From Paracoccaceae bacterium (lineage in GTDB: Bacteria > Pseudomonadota > Alphaproteobacteria > Rhodobacterales > Rhodobacteraceae), in NCBI GenBank assembly GCA_050485905.1, contig JBJHCH010000004.1, positions 150 through 64,149 on the forward strand: a DNA stretch of 64,000 nucleotides, written 5' to 3'. Below the pieces are notes generated by a model. The model saw nothing but the letters and a program-made list of their open reading frames with translations. It was not told the DNA's origin and did no database searches. How positions within the stretch are numbered: the stretch's first letter is position 1; each line of letters opens with the position of its first letter. Shown one piece after another: positions 17,412 through 27,046 of the stretch. The position numbers were made by a program, and so were the translations under genes.

Positions 17412-18166
17412 TGACGCTGGAAATCCTTACTGCGCCCGCCCTCGGCCCCGTTCGCCACGGGTTCTTCACCCGCAAGGGCGGCGCGTCGTCGGGTGTGTTC
17501 GCCGGGCTGAACTGCGGTGTCGGCTCGTCCGACCTGGCCGAGGCGGTGGCGATCAATCGCGCCCGCGTGGCCGAGGTTCTGGGCCTTCTGCCCGAGGCAC
17601 TGGTAACCATGCATCAGGTCCATTCGCCCGACGTCGTCACCCTGTCCAGCCCGCCAGAGGCGCCGCCGCGCGCCGATGCGATGGTGACCGCCACGCCCGG
17701 GATAGGGCTGGGGGTGCTGACCGCGGATTGCCAGCCGGTGCTGCTGGCCGACCGGGCCGCCGGGGTGATCGGCGCGGTCCATGCGGGTTGGCGCGGCACA
17801 CTCTCCGGGATTCTCGAGGCGACTGTAGCTGCAATGTCCGCACTCGGCGCGCGGCCAGCACAGATCACCGCCGTGATCGGCCCGGCGATCAGTCAGCGCG
17901 CCTACGAGGTCGGCCCCGAACTTTTCGACAGCTTCCGCGACGAGGATCCCGCGAGCACGCGCTACTTCATCAATGGCGACGGCGACAGGCTGCTGTTCGA
18001 CCTGCCTGGCTATGGCCTGCACCGACTGCGCGATGCGGGTGTCGGCCACGCGGAATGGACGCGGCACTGCACCTATTCCGACCCGGCGCTCTTTTATTCC
18101 TATCGCCGCGCGACCCATCTGGCCGAGGCAGACTATGGTCGCCTGATCTCTGTGATTCGCCTGTGA
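17411..18166 (+). CDS. pgeF: Peptidoglycan editing factor PgeF (YfiH/DUF152, laccase-domain protein)
   Basis: 251 aa. TADCQPVLL and GAVHAGWRG motifs are present. The start overlaps the stop of the upstream gene. Confidence 0.9.
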   Translation: MTLEILTAPALGPVRHGFFTRKGGASSGVFAGLNCGVGSSDLAEAVAINRARVAEVLGLLPEALVTMHQVHSPDVVTLSSPPEAPPRADAMVTATPGIGLGVLTADCQPVLLADRAAGVIGAVHAGWRGTLSGILEATVAAMSALGARPAQITAVIGPAISQRAYEVGPELFDSFRDEDPASTRYFINGDGDRLLFDLPGYGLHRLRDAGVGHAEWTRHCTYSDPALFYSYRRATHLAEADYGRLISVIRL

Positions 18167-18205
18167 TTGGCAAGAATGCTCGCCAACCGACTGCGCGCGG
18201 ACCCG

Positions 18206-19174
18206 TCAGCCCGTCCCGCGCCGCAGTGACATCGGACTTTGACTGAACTGCCGCCGGAACGCGCGTGACAGCGCCGATTGCGATGAGAACCCACATCGCA
18301 GCGCGATCTGCTGTATCGGGTGGCGGGTGTCCACCACCAGCCGCCGCGCCGCCTGAAGCCTGAGCCGAAGACCCCAGGCCCCCGGCCCCATGCCGAGATC
18401 GCGACGAAACAGCATCTCAAGCCGCCGGGATGACAGGCCCAGCGCGGCGGCGGTGGCGGCGATGGGTTCAGGGGCGTCCAGCCGGGCCTCCATGCGTGCG
18501 ATGGCGGTCATCACGCGCGGGTCGGTCGCAGGGCGGGCGTGCGGCACGATCTGCGGCGTGGCGGCTGGCCGGGGATCATGCAGGAACGAGGCCGCAACCT
18601 GCGCGGCAATCGCCGCGCCATGCCGCGCGCCGATCAGGTGCAGCATCAGATCCACCGCCGCCGCAGCACCACCCGCCGTGAAGCGCGCGCCCGAGATCAC
18701 GAAACGGTCGGCCTGCACGTCCACATCGGGGTGGGCGGTGGCGAAATCCTCCAGATCCTCCCAGTGCACGGTGGCGCGGTGGCCGGTCAGCAGGCCGGCC
18801 CGGGCCAGCACCCAGGCCCCGGCATCGACCCCGCCCATCGCCCGCAGGCGCGGCGCCATGCGGCGCAGCGCGGCCAGAAGCGGGCGCTGCGCCACCTCGG
18901 CCTGGCGGAAGCCGGCGACGACGATCAGGGCGTCGGCCTCCACCGCCTCGGGCCCGCGATCGGAGGGGACGGTCAGGCCGCAGGACAGCGCGACCGGCCC
19001 GCCATCGGGCGAGAGCACGCGCCAGCGATAGGCCGGGTGCCCCAGATGCCGGTTCGCGCTGCGCAGCGGGTCCAGAACGGCGGCCAGCGCACTGAGAGAC
19101 GCCTGCGGCAGAAGCAGCACCGACAGGGCCAGCGGGCGCGGATCAGGGGCGAAGATGGTTTCGTTCCGGGTCAC
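18206..19174 (-). CDS. GlxA-family (AraC-type with DJ-1/PfpI-like domain) transcriptional regulator, CdhR-like
   Basis: 322 aa with an N-terminal amidotransferase-like domain and a C-terminal AraC helix-turn-helix (IQQIALRCGFSSQSALSRAFRRQF). Divergent from the carnitine cluster. Confidence 0.85.
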   Translation of the reverse strand: MTRNETIFAPDPRPLALSVLLLPQASLSALAAVLDPLRSANRHLGHPAYRWRVLSPDGGPVALSCGLTVPSDRGPEAVEADALIVVAGFRQAEVAQRPLLAALRRMAPRLRAMGGVDAGAWVLARAGLLTGHRATVHWEDLEDFATAHPDVDVQADRFVISGARFTAGGAAAAVDLMLHLIGARHGAAIAAQVAASFLHDPRPAATPQIVPHARPATDPRVMTAIARMEARLDAPEPIAATAAALGLSSRRLEMLFRRDLGMGPGAWGLRLRLQAARRLVVDTRHPIQQIALRCGFSSQSALSRAFRRQFSQSPMSLRRGTG

Positions 19175-19245
19175 GAAGATTTCGTAAATCGCAAAACACC
19201 GCTTCGCAAGCCTGCTATGGTCGGCGCGACAAAAAGGGGGGATCC

Positions 19246-20154
19246 ATGCCGCTGACCATGAACCGCGAGGTCTTCATCACCTGTGCCGTGACGGGGTCGG
19301 GCAGCACGCAGGACCGCAGCCCGCATGTGCCGCGCAGCCCCGCGCAGATCGCCGACAGCGCCATCGCCGCGGCCAAGGCGGGGGCGGCCATCGTGCATTG
19401 CCATGTGCGCGACCCGGAAACCGGCGCGCCGGCACGCGACCCGGCGCTGTACCGCGAGGTGACGGAGAGGATCCGCGATGCCGATACCGACGTGGTTCTG
19501 AACCTGACCGCCGGTATGGGCGGCGATCTGGTGTTCGAGGGGACGGAGCAGATGGCCCGCCCGTCGCAGAAATCCGACATGGCGGGCGCTGCGGAGCGGG
19601 TGCAGCATGTGGTCGACTGCCGGCCCGAGATCTGCACGCTGGATTGCGGCACGATGAACTTTGCCGAGGCCGACTATGTGATGGTGAACACCCCCGGCAT
19701 GCTGCGCGACATGGCGGCGCGGATGGTGGCATCGGGGGTGCGGATCGAGATCGAGGCCTTCGACACCGGCCACCTGTGGTTCGCCCGGCAACTGGTGGAG
19801 GAGGGGATCATCCCCGACCCGGTGCTGGTGCAGCTGTGCATGGGCGTGCCCTGGGGCGCGCCGGACGATCTGAACACGTTTCTGGCGATGGTGAACAACG
19901 TGCCGGCGGGCTGGCACTGGTCGGCGTTTTCGCTGGGGCGGAACCAGATGGCCTATGTGGCAGCGGCCGTGCTGGCGGGCGGCAACGTCCGCGTGGGTCT
20001 GGAGGACAACCTGTGGCTGGGCAAGGGCGAGCTTGCCACCAACGCGCAACTGGTTGAACGCGCGGTGACGATCATCGAGGCGATGGGCGCCCGCGTGATC
20101 GGCCCCGACGAGGTGCGCGCCCGGCTGAAGCTGGAAAAGCGGGCGCCGCAGTGA
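19246..20154 (+). CDS. BKACE-family (3-keto-5-aminohexanoate cleavage-like, DUF849) enzyme, dehydrocarnitine cleavage candidate
   Basis: 302 aa. The N-terminus VFITCAVTGSGSTQDRSPHVPRSPAQIADSAIAAAKAGAAIVHCHVRDPETG is the BKACE signature. Confidence 0.9.
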   Translation: MPLTMNREVFITCAVTGSGSTQDRSPHVPRSPAQIADSAIAAAKAGAAIVHCHVRDPETGAPARDPALYREVTERIRDADTDVVLNLTAGMGGDLVFEGTEQMARPSQKSDMAGAAERVQHVVDCRPEICTLDCGTMNFAEADYVMVNTPGMLRDMAARMVASGVRIEIEAFDTGHLWFARQLVEEGIIPDPVLVQLCMGVPWGAPDDLNTFLAMVNNVPAGWHWSAFSLGRNQMAYVAAAVLAGGNVRVGLEDNLWLGKGELATNAQLVERAVTIIEAMGARVIGPDEVRARLKLEKRAPQ

Positions 20155-20699
20155 CTGCCCCGCTGAGGCGCGCGGCGCTGGCGGCTGTGCTTTTGCTCGC
20201 CGGTTGCGGAAGCTGGGATGTCTATCGCGATACCTCGGTCCCCATGGCGGTGGTCGCGGATCTGGACGTCACCCGCTACATGGGCCGCTGGTACGAGATC
20301 GCGCGCTTTCCCAACAGCTTCGAGCGTGGGTGCACCGGCGTGACGGCAGACTATGCCCTGCGTGACGACGACCGGATCGATGTGGTCAACACCTGCCGGC
20401 AGGACGCGCTGGACGGCCCGGTGCGTCAGGTCAGCGGCGTGGCGCAGGTCGAGGGGCCGGGGCGGCTGTCGGTCAGCTTCGCGCCGTTCATCCCCTTTGC
20501 CCGCGGCGACTATTGGGTGCTGCATCTGGAACCCGAATACAGTCTGGCCGTGGTGGGCGAACCGCGCGGCCGGGCCGGCTGGGTGCTGGCGCGCAACCCG
20601 CAGGTCGATCCCGTAGCCTATGGCCGGGCGCTGCGGGCGCTGCGGCGGAACGGATACGATACCGACCGGCTGGAACTGGTCGAGCAGGGGGCAGAGTGA
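20151..20699 (+). CDS. blc: Bacterial lipocalin (Blc-like outer-membrane lipoprotein)
   Basis: 182 aa with a GTG start that overlaps the upstream stop. Classical lipobox LLLAGC. Lipocalin motif YMGRWYEIARFPNSFE. Confidence 0.85.
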   Translation: MTAPLRRAALAAVLLLAGCGSWDVYRDTSVPMAVVADLDVTRYMGRWYEIARFPNSFERGCTGVTADYALRDDDRIDVVNTCRQDALDGPVRQVSGVAQVEGPGRLSVSFAPFIPFARGDYWVLHLEPEYSLAVVGEPRGRAGWVLARNPQVDPVAYGRALRALRRNGYDTDRLELVEQGAE

Positions 20700-22153
20700 T
20701 GGCGAAGGCGGCAGTCATAGGCGGCGGGGTGATCGGCGGCGGCTGGGCCGCGCGGTTCCTGCTGAACGGTTGGGACGTGGCGGTGTTCGACCCCGACCCG
20801 GAGGCCGGGCGCAAGCTGGCCGAGGTGCTGGCGAACGCCCGCGCGGCGTTGCCCGCGCTGTCGGACGTGCCGATGCCGGCCGAGGGGCGGCTGGAGATCG
20901 TGGCCAGCATCGCCGAGGCGGTGGCGGGTGCCGATTACATCCAGGAAAGCGTGCCGGAGCGGCTGGACCTGAAGCACCGGGTCTATGCCGAAATCCAGGC
21001 GGCGAGCGGCGCGCCGATCGGGTCGTCCACGTCTGGATTCAAGCCGTCGGAGTTGCAGCAGGGGGCGAAGCGCCCGGGCGCGATCTTCGTGGCCCATCCG
21101 TTCAACCCGGTCTACCTGCTGCCGCTGGTCGAGGTGGTGCCGAGCCCCGCCTCCGACCCCGGGGTGATTGATCGGGCGAAGGACGTGCTGTCCGGATTGG
21201 GGATGTATCCCCTGCACGTCCGCAAGGAGATCGACGCCCATATCGCCGACCGTTTCCTGGAAGCCGTCTGGCGAGAGGCGCTGTGGCTGGTCAAGGACGG
21301 GGTGGCCACGACCGAGGAGATCGACGAAGCGATCCGCATGGGATTCGGCCTGCGCTGGGGCCAGATGGGCCTGTTCGAGACCTATCGCATCGCCGGGGGC
21401 GAGGCGGGGATGCGGCATTTCCTGGAACAGTTCGGCCCCTGCCTGACCTGGCCCTGGACGAAGCTGATGGACGTGCCCGAGTTCAACGACGAACTTGTGG
21501 AGCTGGTCGCCGGGCAGTCGGACGCGCAATCCGGGCACCTGTCGATCCGCGAGCTGGAACGCATCCGAGACGCCAACCTGATCGGATTCCTGCGGGTGCT
21601 GAAGGACCGCAACTGGGGCGCGGGGCGGGTGCTGCTGGAACACGACGCCCGCCTGCGGCAAGCCGCGCCCGAGCCTGTGCCCGAGACAGCCGCGCCGATG
21701 GTGATGGCCCGCATGCAGGTGCTGCCCGGCTGGATCGACTACAACGGCCACATGACCGAAAGCCGGTATCTGTTCGCCAGTTCCGAGACGACGGATGCCT
21801 TCCTGCGCTACATCGGCGCCGGGATGGACTACGTCGCGGCGGGCAACAGCTACTACACCGCAGAAACCCATATCATGCATCTGGGCGAGGCGAAGCTGGG
21901 CGACCGGCTGACCGGATCGCTGCAGGTGCTGGGCGCGGACGAGAAGCGGTTGCATGTCTTTGTCCGGATCGAGCGCGGCGGGCAGGTGGTGGCGACGTTG
22001 GAACAGATGCTCTTGCATGTGGATATGAACGCGGGCCGCGCCTGCCCGGCCGCGCCCGATGTTCTGGCGCGGCTGATGCCGATTGCCGAGGCTCACCGGG
22101 CACTACCGCGCCCCGATGCCGCCGGCCGCCATGTCGGACAAAGGAAAGCGTGA
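20699..22153 (+). CDS. L-carnitine dehydrogenase fused to a hotdog thioesterase (betainyl-CoA thioesterase type)
   Basis: Track ORF 20513..22153. I moved the start to ATG 20699 (MAKAAVIGGGVIGGGWAARF, a Rossmann motif). 3-hydroxyacyl-CoA-dehydrogenase-like core with a C-terminal 4HBT-like domain (GWIDYNGHMTESRY). Confidence 0.85.
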   Translation: MAKAAVIGGGVIGGGWAARFLLNGWDVAVFDPDPEAGRKLAEVLANARAALPALSDVPMPAEGRLEIVASIAEAVAGADYIQESVPERLDLKHRVYAEIQAASGAPIGSSTSGFKPSELQQGAKRPGAIFVAHPFNPVYLLPLVEVVPSPASDPGVIDRAKDVLSGLGMYPLHVRKEIDAHIADRFLEAVWREALWLVKDGVATTEEIDEAIRMGFGLRWGQMGLFETYRIAGGEAGMRHFLEQFGPCLTWPWTKLMDVPEFNDELVELVAGQSDAQSGHLSIRELERIRDANLIGFLRVLKDRNWGAGRVLLEHDARLRQAAPEPVPETAAPMVMARMQVLPGWIDYNGHMTESRYLFASSETTDAFLRYIGAGMDYVAAGNSYYTAETHIMHLGEAKLGDRLTGSLQVLGADEKRLHVFVRIERGGQVVATLEQMLLHVDMNAGRACPAAPDVLARLMPIAEAHRALPRPDAAGRHVGQRKA

Positions 22154-23316
22154 TGGACTTTGCCCTGACCGACGAACAGCGGATGATCGTCGAAACGACG
22201 CGCGCCTTCGTGGAGGCCGAGCTTTACCCGCACGAGGCGCTGGTCGAACGCACCGGCCACCTGCCGATGGACCTGGTCCGCGAGGTGCAGGCCAAGGCGA
22301 TGGCGGCGGGCCTCTACGCCGCGAACATGCCAGAGGAGGTGGGCGGCGCGGGCCTCGATACCCTGTCGTGGCTGCTGTACGAGCGCGAACTGGGCCGGGC
22401 GAACTATGCGCTGCACTGGACCTGCGTCGCGCGGCCGTCGAACATCCTGCTGGCCGGCACGCCCGAGCAGCGCGAACGCTACCTTCTGCCCTGCATCCGG
22501 GGCGAGACCTGGGACTGCCTGGCGATGACCGAACCCGGCGCGGGCTCGGATCTGCGCGGCATGACCGCATCGGCCCGACCCGACGGCGGCGACTGGGTGC
22601 TAAACGGCACCAAGCACTTCATCAGCCACGCCGACATCGCGGGCTTCACCATCGCCTTCATGGCGACGGGCGAGGAAGACACGCCGCGAGGGCGCAAGAA
22701 GCTGATCACCGCTTTCTTCGTGGACAAGGGCGCGCCCGGCTTTACCGTTCGCGAGGGCTATCGCAACGTCAGCCACCGCGGCTATTCCAACGCGATCCTC
22801 GAATTCGACGACTGCCGCGTTCCGGCCGAAAGCGTGCTGGGCGAGGTTCACAAGGGATTCGAGGTGGCGAACGCCTGGCTGGGCGCCACGCGGCTGCAGG
22901 TGGCAGCCACCTGCCTCGGCCGGGCCGACAGGGCATTGTCGCACGCGCTGTCCTGGGCGGCGGAGCGGCGGCAGTTCGGGCAAGCCATCGGCAAGTTCCA
23001 GGGCGTCAGCTTCAAGCTGGCGGACATGGCGACGGAACTGAAGGCCGCTGAACTGCTGACCTGGTCGGCCGGTTGGAGGTTCGATCAGGGCAGCGTGACC
23101 GAGGCCGACATGGCGATGGCGAAGCTGAAGGCGACCGAGGCGCTGGCGATGATCGCCGACGAAGCGATCCAGATCCACGGCGGCATGGGGCTGATGGACG
23201 AACTGCCGCTGGAACGCATCTGGCGCGACGCGCGTGTCGAACGCATCTGGGAGGGGACATCCGAGATCCAGCGCCACATCATCAGCCGCGAGTTGCTGCG
23301 GCCGCTGGGCGGGTGA
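22153..23316 (+). CDS. Acyl-CoA dehydrogenase (CaiA-like)
   Basis: Track ORF 21283..23316. I moved the start to ATG 22153 (MDFALTDEQRMIVETTRAFV). The ACAD motifs LAMTEPGAGSDL and IHGGMG, and the C-terminal WEGTSEIQRHIISRELL, are present. Confidence 0.9.
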   Translation: MDFALTDEQRMIVETTRAFVEAELYPHEALVERTGHLPMDLVREVQAKAMAAGLYAANMPEEVGGAGLDTLSWLLYERELGRANYALHWTCVARPSNILLAGTPEQRERYLLPCIRGETWDCLAMTEPGAGSDLRGMTASARPDGGDWVLNGTKHFISHADIAGFTIAFMATGEEDTPRGRKKLITAFFVDKGAPGFTVREGYRNVSHRGYSNAILEFDDCRVPAESVLGEVHKGFEVANAWLGATRLQVAATCLGRADRALSHALSWAAERRQFGQAIGKFQGVSFKLADMATELKAAELLTWSAGWRFDQGSVTEADMAMAKLKATEALAMIADEAIQIHGGMGLMDELPLERIWRDARVERIWEGTSEIQRHIISRELLRPLGG

Positions 23317-23319
23317 AAC

Positions 23320-25317
23320 ATGCGCGACTTGTCGCGGCTTCTGCGCCCGCGGTCCATCGCCGTCCTGGGCGGGGGCTGGGCCGAGAACGTGATCGCGCAA
23401 TGCCGGAAGATGGGGTTCGACGGCCCGGTCTGGCCGGTGCATCCGACGAAACCGACGGTGGGCGGTCTGCCTGCCTTTGCCAGCATCGCTGACCTGCCCG
23501 CCGCGCCGGATGCGGCCTTCATCGGGGTGAACCGGCACGCGACGCTGGACGTCGTGGGCGAGCTGGCGGCGCGCGGCGCGGGCGGCGGGATCTGCTTTGC
23601 CAGTGGCTGGGCCGAGACGGGGGCGGGCGATCTGCAGGCGCGGCTGGTGGCGGCGGCGGGCGACATGCCGGTGCTGGGGCCGAACTGCTACGGGGTGATC
23701 AACTATCTGGACGGTGCGCTTCTGTGGCCCGACCAGCATGGCGGGCGGCGGGTGGACCGCGGCGTGGCCATCGCCAGCCAGTCGTCGAACATCGCGGTGA
23801 ACCTGACGATGCAGCGGCGCGGGCTGCCGGTCGCTTACGTGGCCTGTCTGGGCAACGCGGCGCAGACAGGGCTGGCGGACCTGTCGGCGGCATTGCTGGC
23901 CGACGCGCGTGTCACAGCGCTGGGGCTTTATGTTGAGGGGATCGCGGATGCCCCGGCCTTTGCGCGCATGGCGCAGGCGGCGCGCGCGGCGGGCAAGGAG
24001 ATCGTCGCCATCAAGTCGGGCAAGACCGAGGGCAGCGCGCGGGCGGCGGCAACGCACACGGCGGCGCTGGCAGGGGCGGGTGCGGCGTCCTCGGCCTTCC
24101 TGCGACAATGCGGCGTGGCCGAGGTGGCGACGCTGCAAGAATTGCTTGAGGTGCTGAAGTTTTGCCACGCGCAGGGGCCGATGCCGGGGCGGCGGGTCTG
24201 CGCGGTCTGCTGCTCTGGCGGCGAGGCGGGTCTGACCGCGGACCTAGCCGCGGGGACGGCACTGGAGTTTCCCGCGCCCGAAGCACAGGCGGCGGCGCGG
24301 CTGGGGGCCGTTCTGGGGCCGCTGGTGACAGTTTCGAACCCGCTCGACTATCACACCTTCATCTGGGGCGACGGGCCGAAGACGACGGATGTGTTCACTA
24401 CCATGCTGGCCGGGTACGACGCCGGCGTCTTTGTGATCGACCCGCCGCGCGCCGACCGCTGTGATCCGGCATCGTTCCGGCCGGCGCTGGATTCGATCGG
24501 GGCAGCGGCGCGGGCGACGGGGAGGCCTGCGCTCGCCGTCGCCTCGATCCCCGAGAACATGGAGGAGGCCGAGGCCGACCGGTTGCTGGCCGAGGGCGTG
24601 ATCCCGATGGGCGGGCTGGAGGTAGCGCTGGCCACGCTGGATGCGGCGGCGACGCCGCCGGGGCGCGCGGATTGGCAGCCGTGGCAGGTGCGGGCGCAGG
24701 GGGCAGCCGTGGCGCTGGACGAGGCCGAGGGCAAGGCGCTGCTGGCCGGGGCCGGGATCGCCGTGCCGCGCGGGGTCCGGGCGGCCACGCTTGCCGACTT
24801 GGCATCGCTGGCCAGTGACCTGATCCCGCCGCTGGCGCTGAAGGGGCTGGGGTTCGCCCACAAGTCCGAGGCGGGGGCGGTGCGGCTTGAGCTGCACAGC
24901 CTTGACGGAGAGGCCGCGATGCCGGGGGCCACCGGGTATCTGGCCGAGGAGGTGGTGGTGGGCGGCGTGGCCGAACTGCTGGTGGGGCTGCGGCGCGATC
25001 CGGTCTATGGCGCCTCGCTGACGCTGGGCCTTGGGGGCGTGACGGCGGAACTGCTGGCCGATACGGTGACGCTGATCCTGCCGGTGACGGCAGGCGAGGT
25101 CGGGGACGCGCTGCGGCGGCTACGGCTCTGGCCGCTGCTGGACGGCTACCGGGGGCGGCCCCGGGCGGCGGTGGGTGCGGCGGTGGCGGCGATCTGCCGG
25201 ATGGCCGATCTGTTGGCGGCCCACGACGATCTGGTCGAGATCGAGGTGAACCCGCTGATCGTGACAGAAACCGGTGCGGTGGCCGTCGATGCATTGATAC
25301 TCAGGGAGGCAGAATGA
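23320..25317 (+). CDS. NDP-forming acyl-CoA synthetase (CoA-binding plus ATP-grasp domains)
   Basis: 665 aa. N-terminal CoA-binding domain (LRPRSIAVLGGG), succinyl-CoA-synthetase-like ligase domain, and C-terminal ATP-grasp domain. Confidence 0.85.
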   Translation: MRDLSRLLRPRSIAVLGGGWAENVIAQCRKMGFDGPVWPVHPTKPTVGGLPAFASIADLPAAPDAAFIGVNRHATLDVVGELAARGAGGGICFASGWAETGAGDLQARLVAAAGDMPVLGPNCYGVINYLDGALLWPDQHGGRRVDRGVAIASQSSNIAVNLTMQRRGLPVAYVACLGNAAQTGLADLSAALLADARVTALGLYVEGIADAPAFARMAQAARAAGKEIVAIKSGKTEGSARAAATHTAALAGAGAASSAFLRQCGVAEVATLQELLEVLKFCHAQGPMPGRRVCAVCCSGGEAGLTADLAAGTALEFPAPEAQAAARLGAVLGPLVTVSNPLDYHTFIWGDGPKTTDVFTTMLAGYDAGVFVIDPPRADRCDPASFRPALDSIGAAARATGRPALAVASIPENMEEAEADRLLAEGVIPMGGLEVALATLDAAATPPGRADWQPWQVRAQGAAVALDEAEGKALLAGAGIAVPRGVRAATLADLASLASDLIPPLALKGLGFAHKSEAGAVRLELHSLDGEAAMPGATGYLAEEVVVGGVAELLVGLRRDPVYGASLTLGLGGVTAELLADTVTLILPVTAGEVGDALRRLRLWPLLDGYRGRPRAAVGAAVAAICRMADLLAAHDDLVEIEVNPLIVTETGAVAVDALILREAE

Positions 25318-26099
25318 CCCAAGGACCGATCCGCACCCGCCGCGAGGGCGGGATACTGGAGGTGACGCTGGACCGGCCGAAGGCCAATGCCATCGACCTG
25401 AAGACCAGCCGGATCATGGGGCAGGTGTTCCGCGACTTCCGCGACGACGAGGCACTGCGGGTCGCCATCGTCACCGGGGCGGGCGAGAAGTTCTTTTGCC
25501 CCGGCTGGGATCTGAAAGCGGCGGCGGAGGGAGACGCGGTCGATGGCGACTATGGCGTGGGCGGCTTCGGCGGGCTGCAGGAGTTGCCGCATCTGAACAA
25601 GCCGGTGATCGCGGCGGTGAACGGGATCTGCTGTGGCGGCGGGCTGGAACTGGCGCTGTCCTGCGACCTGATTCTGGCGGCAGAACATGCGAGTTTTGCG
25701 CTGCCCGAGATCCGGTCGGGGACGGTGGCGGATGCAGCCAGCATCAAGCTGCCGAAGCGGATCCCCTATCACATCGCGATGGACCTGCTGCTGACAGGGC
25801 GGTGGTTCGATGCCGAGGAGGCGGTGCGCTGGGGCATCGTGAAGGAGATCCTGCCTGCGGATCGGCTTATGGCGGCCGCCTGGGATCTGGCGCGGCTGCT
25901 CGAATCCGGGCCGCCGCTGGTTTACGCGGCGATCAAGGAAGTGGTGCGCGAGGCCGAGGACATGCGGTTTCAGGATGCGCTGAACCGGATCACGAAGCGG
26001 CAGTTCCAGACCGTTGACCGGCTTTATTCCAGTGAGGATCAGCTTGAGGGCGCGCGCGCCTTTGCCGAGAAGCGCGATCCGGTCTGGAAGGGGCGCTGA
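25314..26099 (+). CDS. caiD: Crotonase-family enoyl-CoA hydratase, carnitinyl-CoA dehydratase-like
   Basis: 261 aa. Near-collinear with E. coli CaiD as I recall it (LEVTLDRPKANAID, RVAIVTGAGEKFFCPGWDLKAAAEG, C-terminal AFAEKRDPVWKGR). Confidence 0.85.
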   Translation: MTQGPIRTRREGGILEVTLDRPKANAIDLKTSRIMGQVFRDFRDDEALRVAIVTGAGEKFFCPGWDLKAAAEGDAVDGDYGVGGFGGLQELPHLNKPVIAAVNGICCGGGLELALSCDLILAAEHASFALPEIRSGTVADAASIKLPKRIPYHIAMDLLLTGRWFDAEEAVRWGIVKEILPADRLMAAAWDLARLLESGPPLVYAAIKEVVREAEDMRFQDALNRITKRQFQTVDRLYSSEDQLEGARAFAEKRDPVWKGR

Positions 26100-26170
26100 G
26101 ACCCGCCTGCACACCGCTGAGCCGCCCTTGTTCGTCAGGAAAGCCTCAGCCCACTCGCTCGGATCGCGGG

Positions 26171-26914
26171 TCAGGAGAGTTGAGCCGCGACTTCCTCGGG
26201 GATGTCGAAATTCGCCGTGACGCTCTGGACGTCGTCATCGTCTTCCAGTGTGTCGATCAGCTTCAGAAGCTTCTGTGCCGTCTCCAGATCCACCTCGGTC
26301 CGGTTTTGCGGCCGCCAGACCAGCTTCGCCTCCTTCGACTCGCCCAGGGCAGCCTCCAGCGCCTCTGACACCGCAGAAAGATCACTGTCGGCGCAGTAGA
26401 TCCAGTGCCCCTCCTCGTCGGATTCCACATCCTCCGCCCCGGCCTCGATCGCCGCCATCAGCACCGCCTCGGCATCCCCCGCCTCGGGTCCATAGGTGAT
26501 CTCTCCGACCCGGTCGAACATGAAGCTGACCGACCCGGTGGTGCCCAGATTGCCGCCATGCTTGGCGAATGTGGACCGCACGTTCGACGCGGTGCGGTTC
26601 AGGTTGTCGGTCATCGCCTCGACGATGATCGCAATGCCGTTCGGCCCGTAACCCTCATACCGGATCTCTGTATAGTCGTCGGCATCGCCGCCCAACGACT
26701 TCTTGATCGCGCGCTCGATCACGTCCTTTGGGCAGGACACAGCCTTGGCCGCCTTAACAGCCAGACGCAGGCGCGGGTTCTTCTCGGGATCGGGGTCGCC
26801 CATCTTGGCGGCGACGGTGATCTCCTTCGCCAGCTTGGAAAACAGTTTGGAGCGCGCCGCATCCTGTCGCCCCTTACGGTGCTGGATATTCGCCCATTTT
26901 GAATGGCCCGCCAC
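26171..26914 (-). CDS. YebC/PmpR family DNA-binding transcriptional regulator
   Basis: Track ORF 26171..26932. I moved the start to GTG 26914, which gives the canonical N-terminus (M)[17 protein letters not shown] gggagag. Confidence 0.9.
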   Translation of the reverse strand: MAGHSKWANIQHRKGRQDAARSKLFSKLAKEITVAAKMGDPDPEKNPRLRLAVKAAKAVSCPKDVIERAIKKSLGGDADDYTEIRYEGYGPNGIAIIVEAMTDNLNRTASNVRSTFAKHGGNLGTTGSVSFMFDRVGEITYGPEAGDAEAVLMAAIEAGAEDVESDEEGHWIYCADSDLSAVSEALEAALGESKEAKLVWRPQNRTEVDLETAQKLLKLIDTLEDDDDVQSVTANFDIPEEVAAQLS

Positions 26915-27046
26915 TCGTCTCTCCCATCGCACTGTCCGAAATCAGCCGCTCTATATGCCGTCGCCGCACGGAACCGCAAGCCTGAGCCGCTGTTGTGCCA
27001 ATGGGGCGCATGTGATTCAACCAGGGTTGCACGAGGGGAAACCGCG

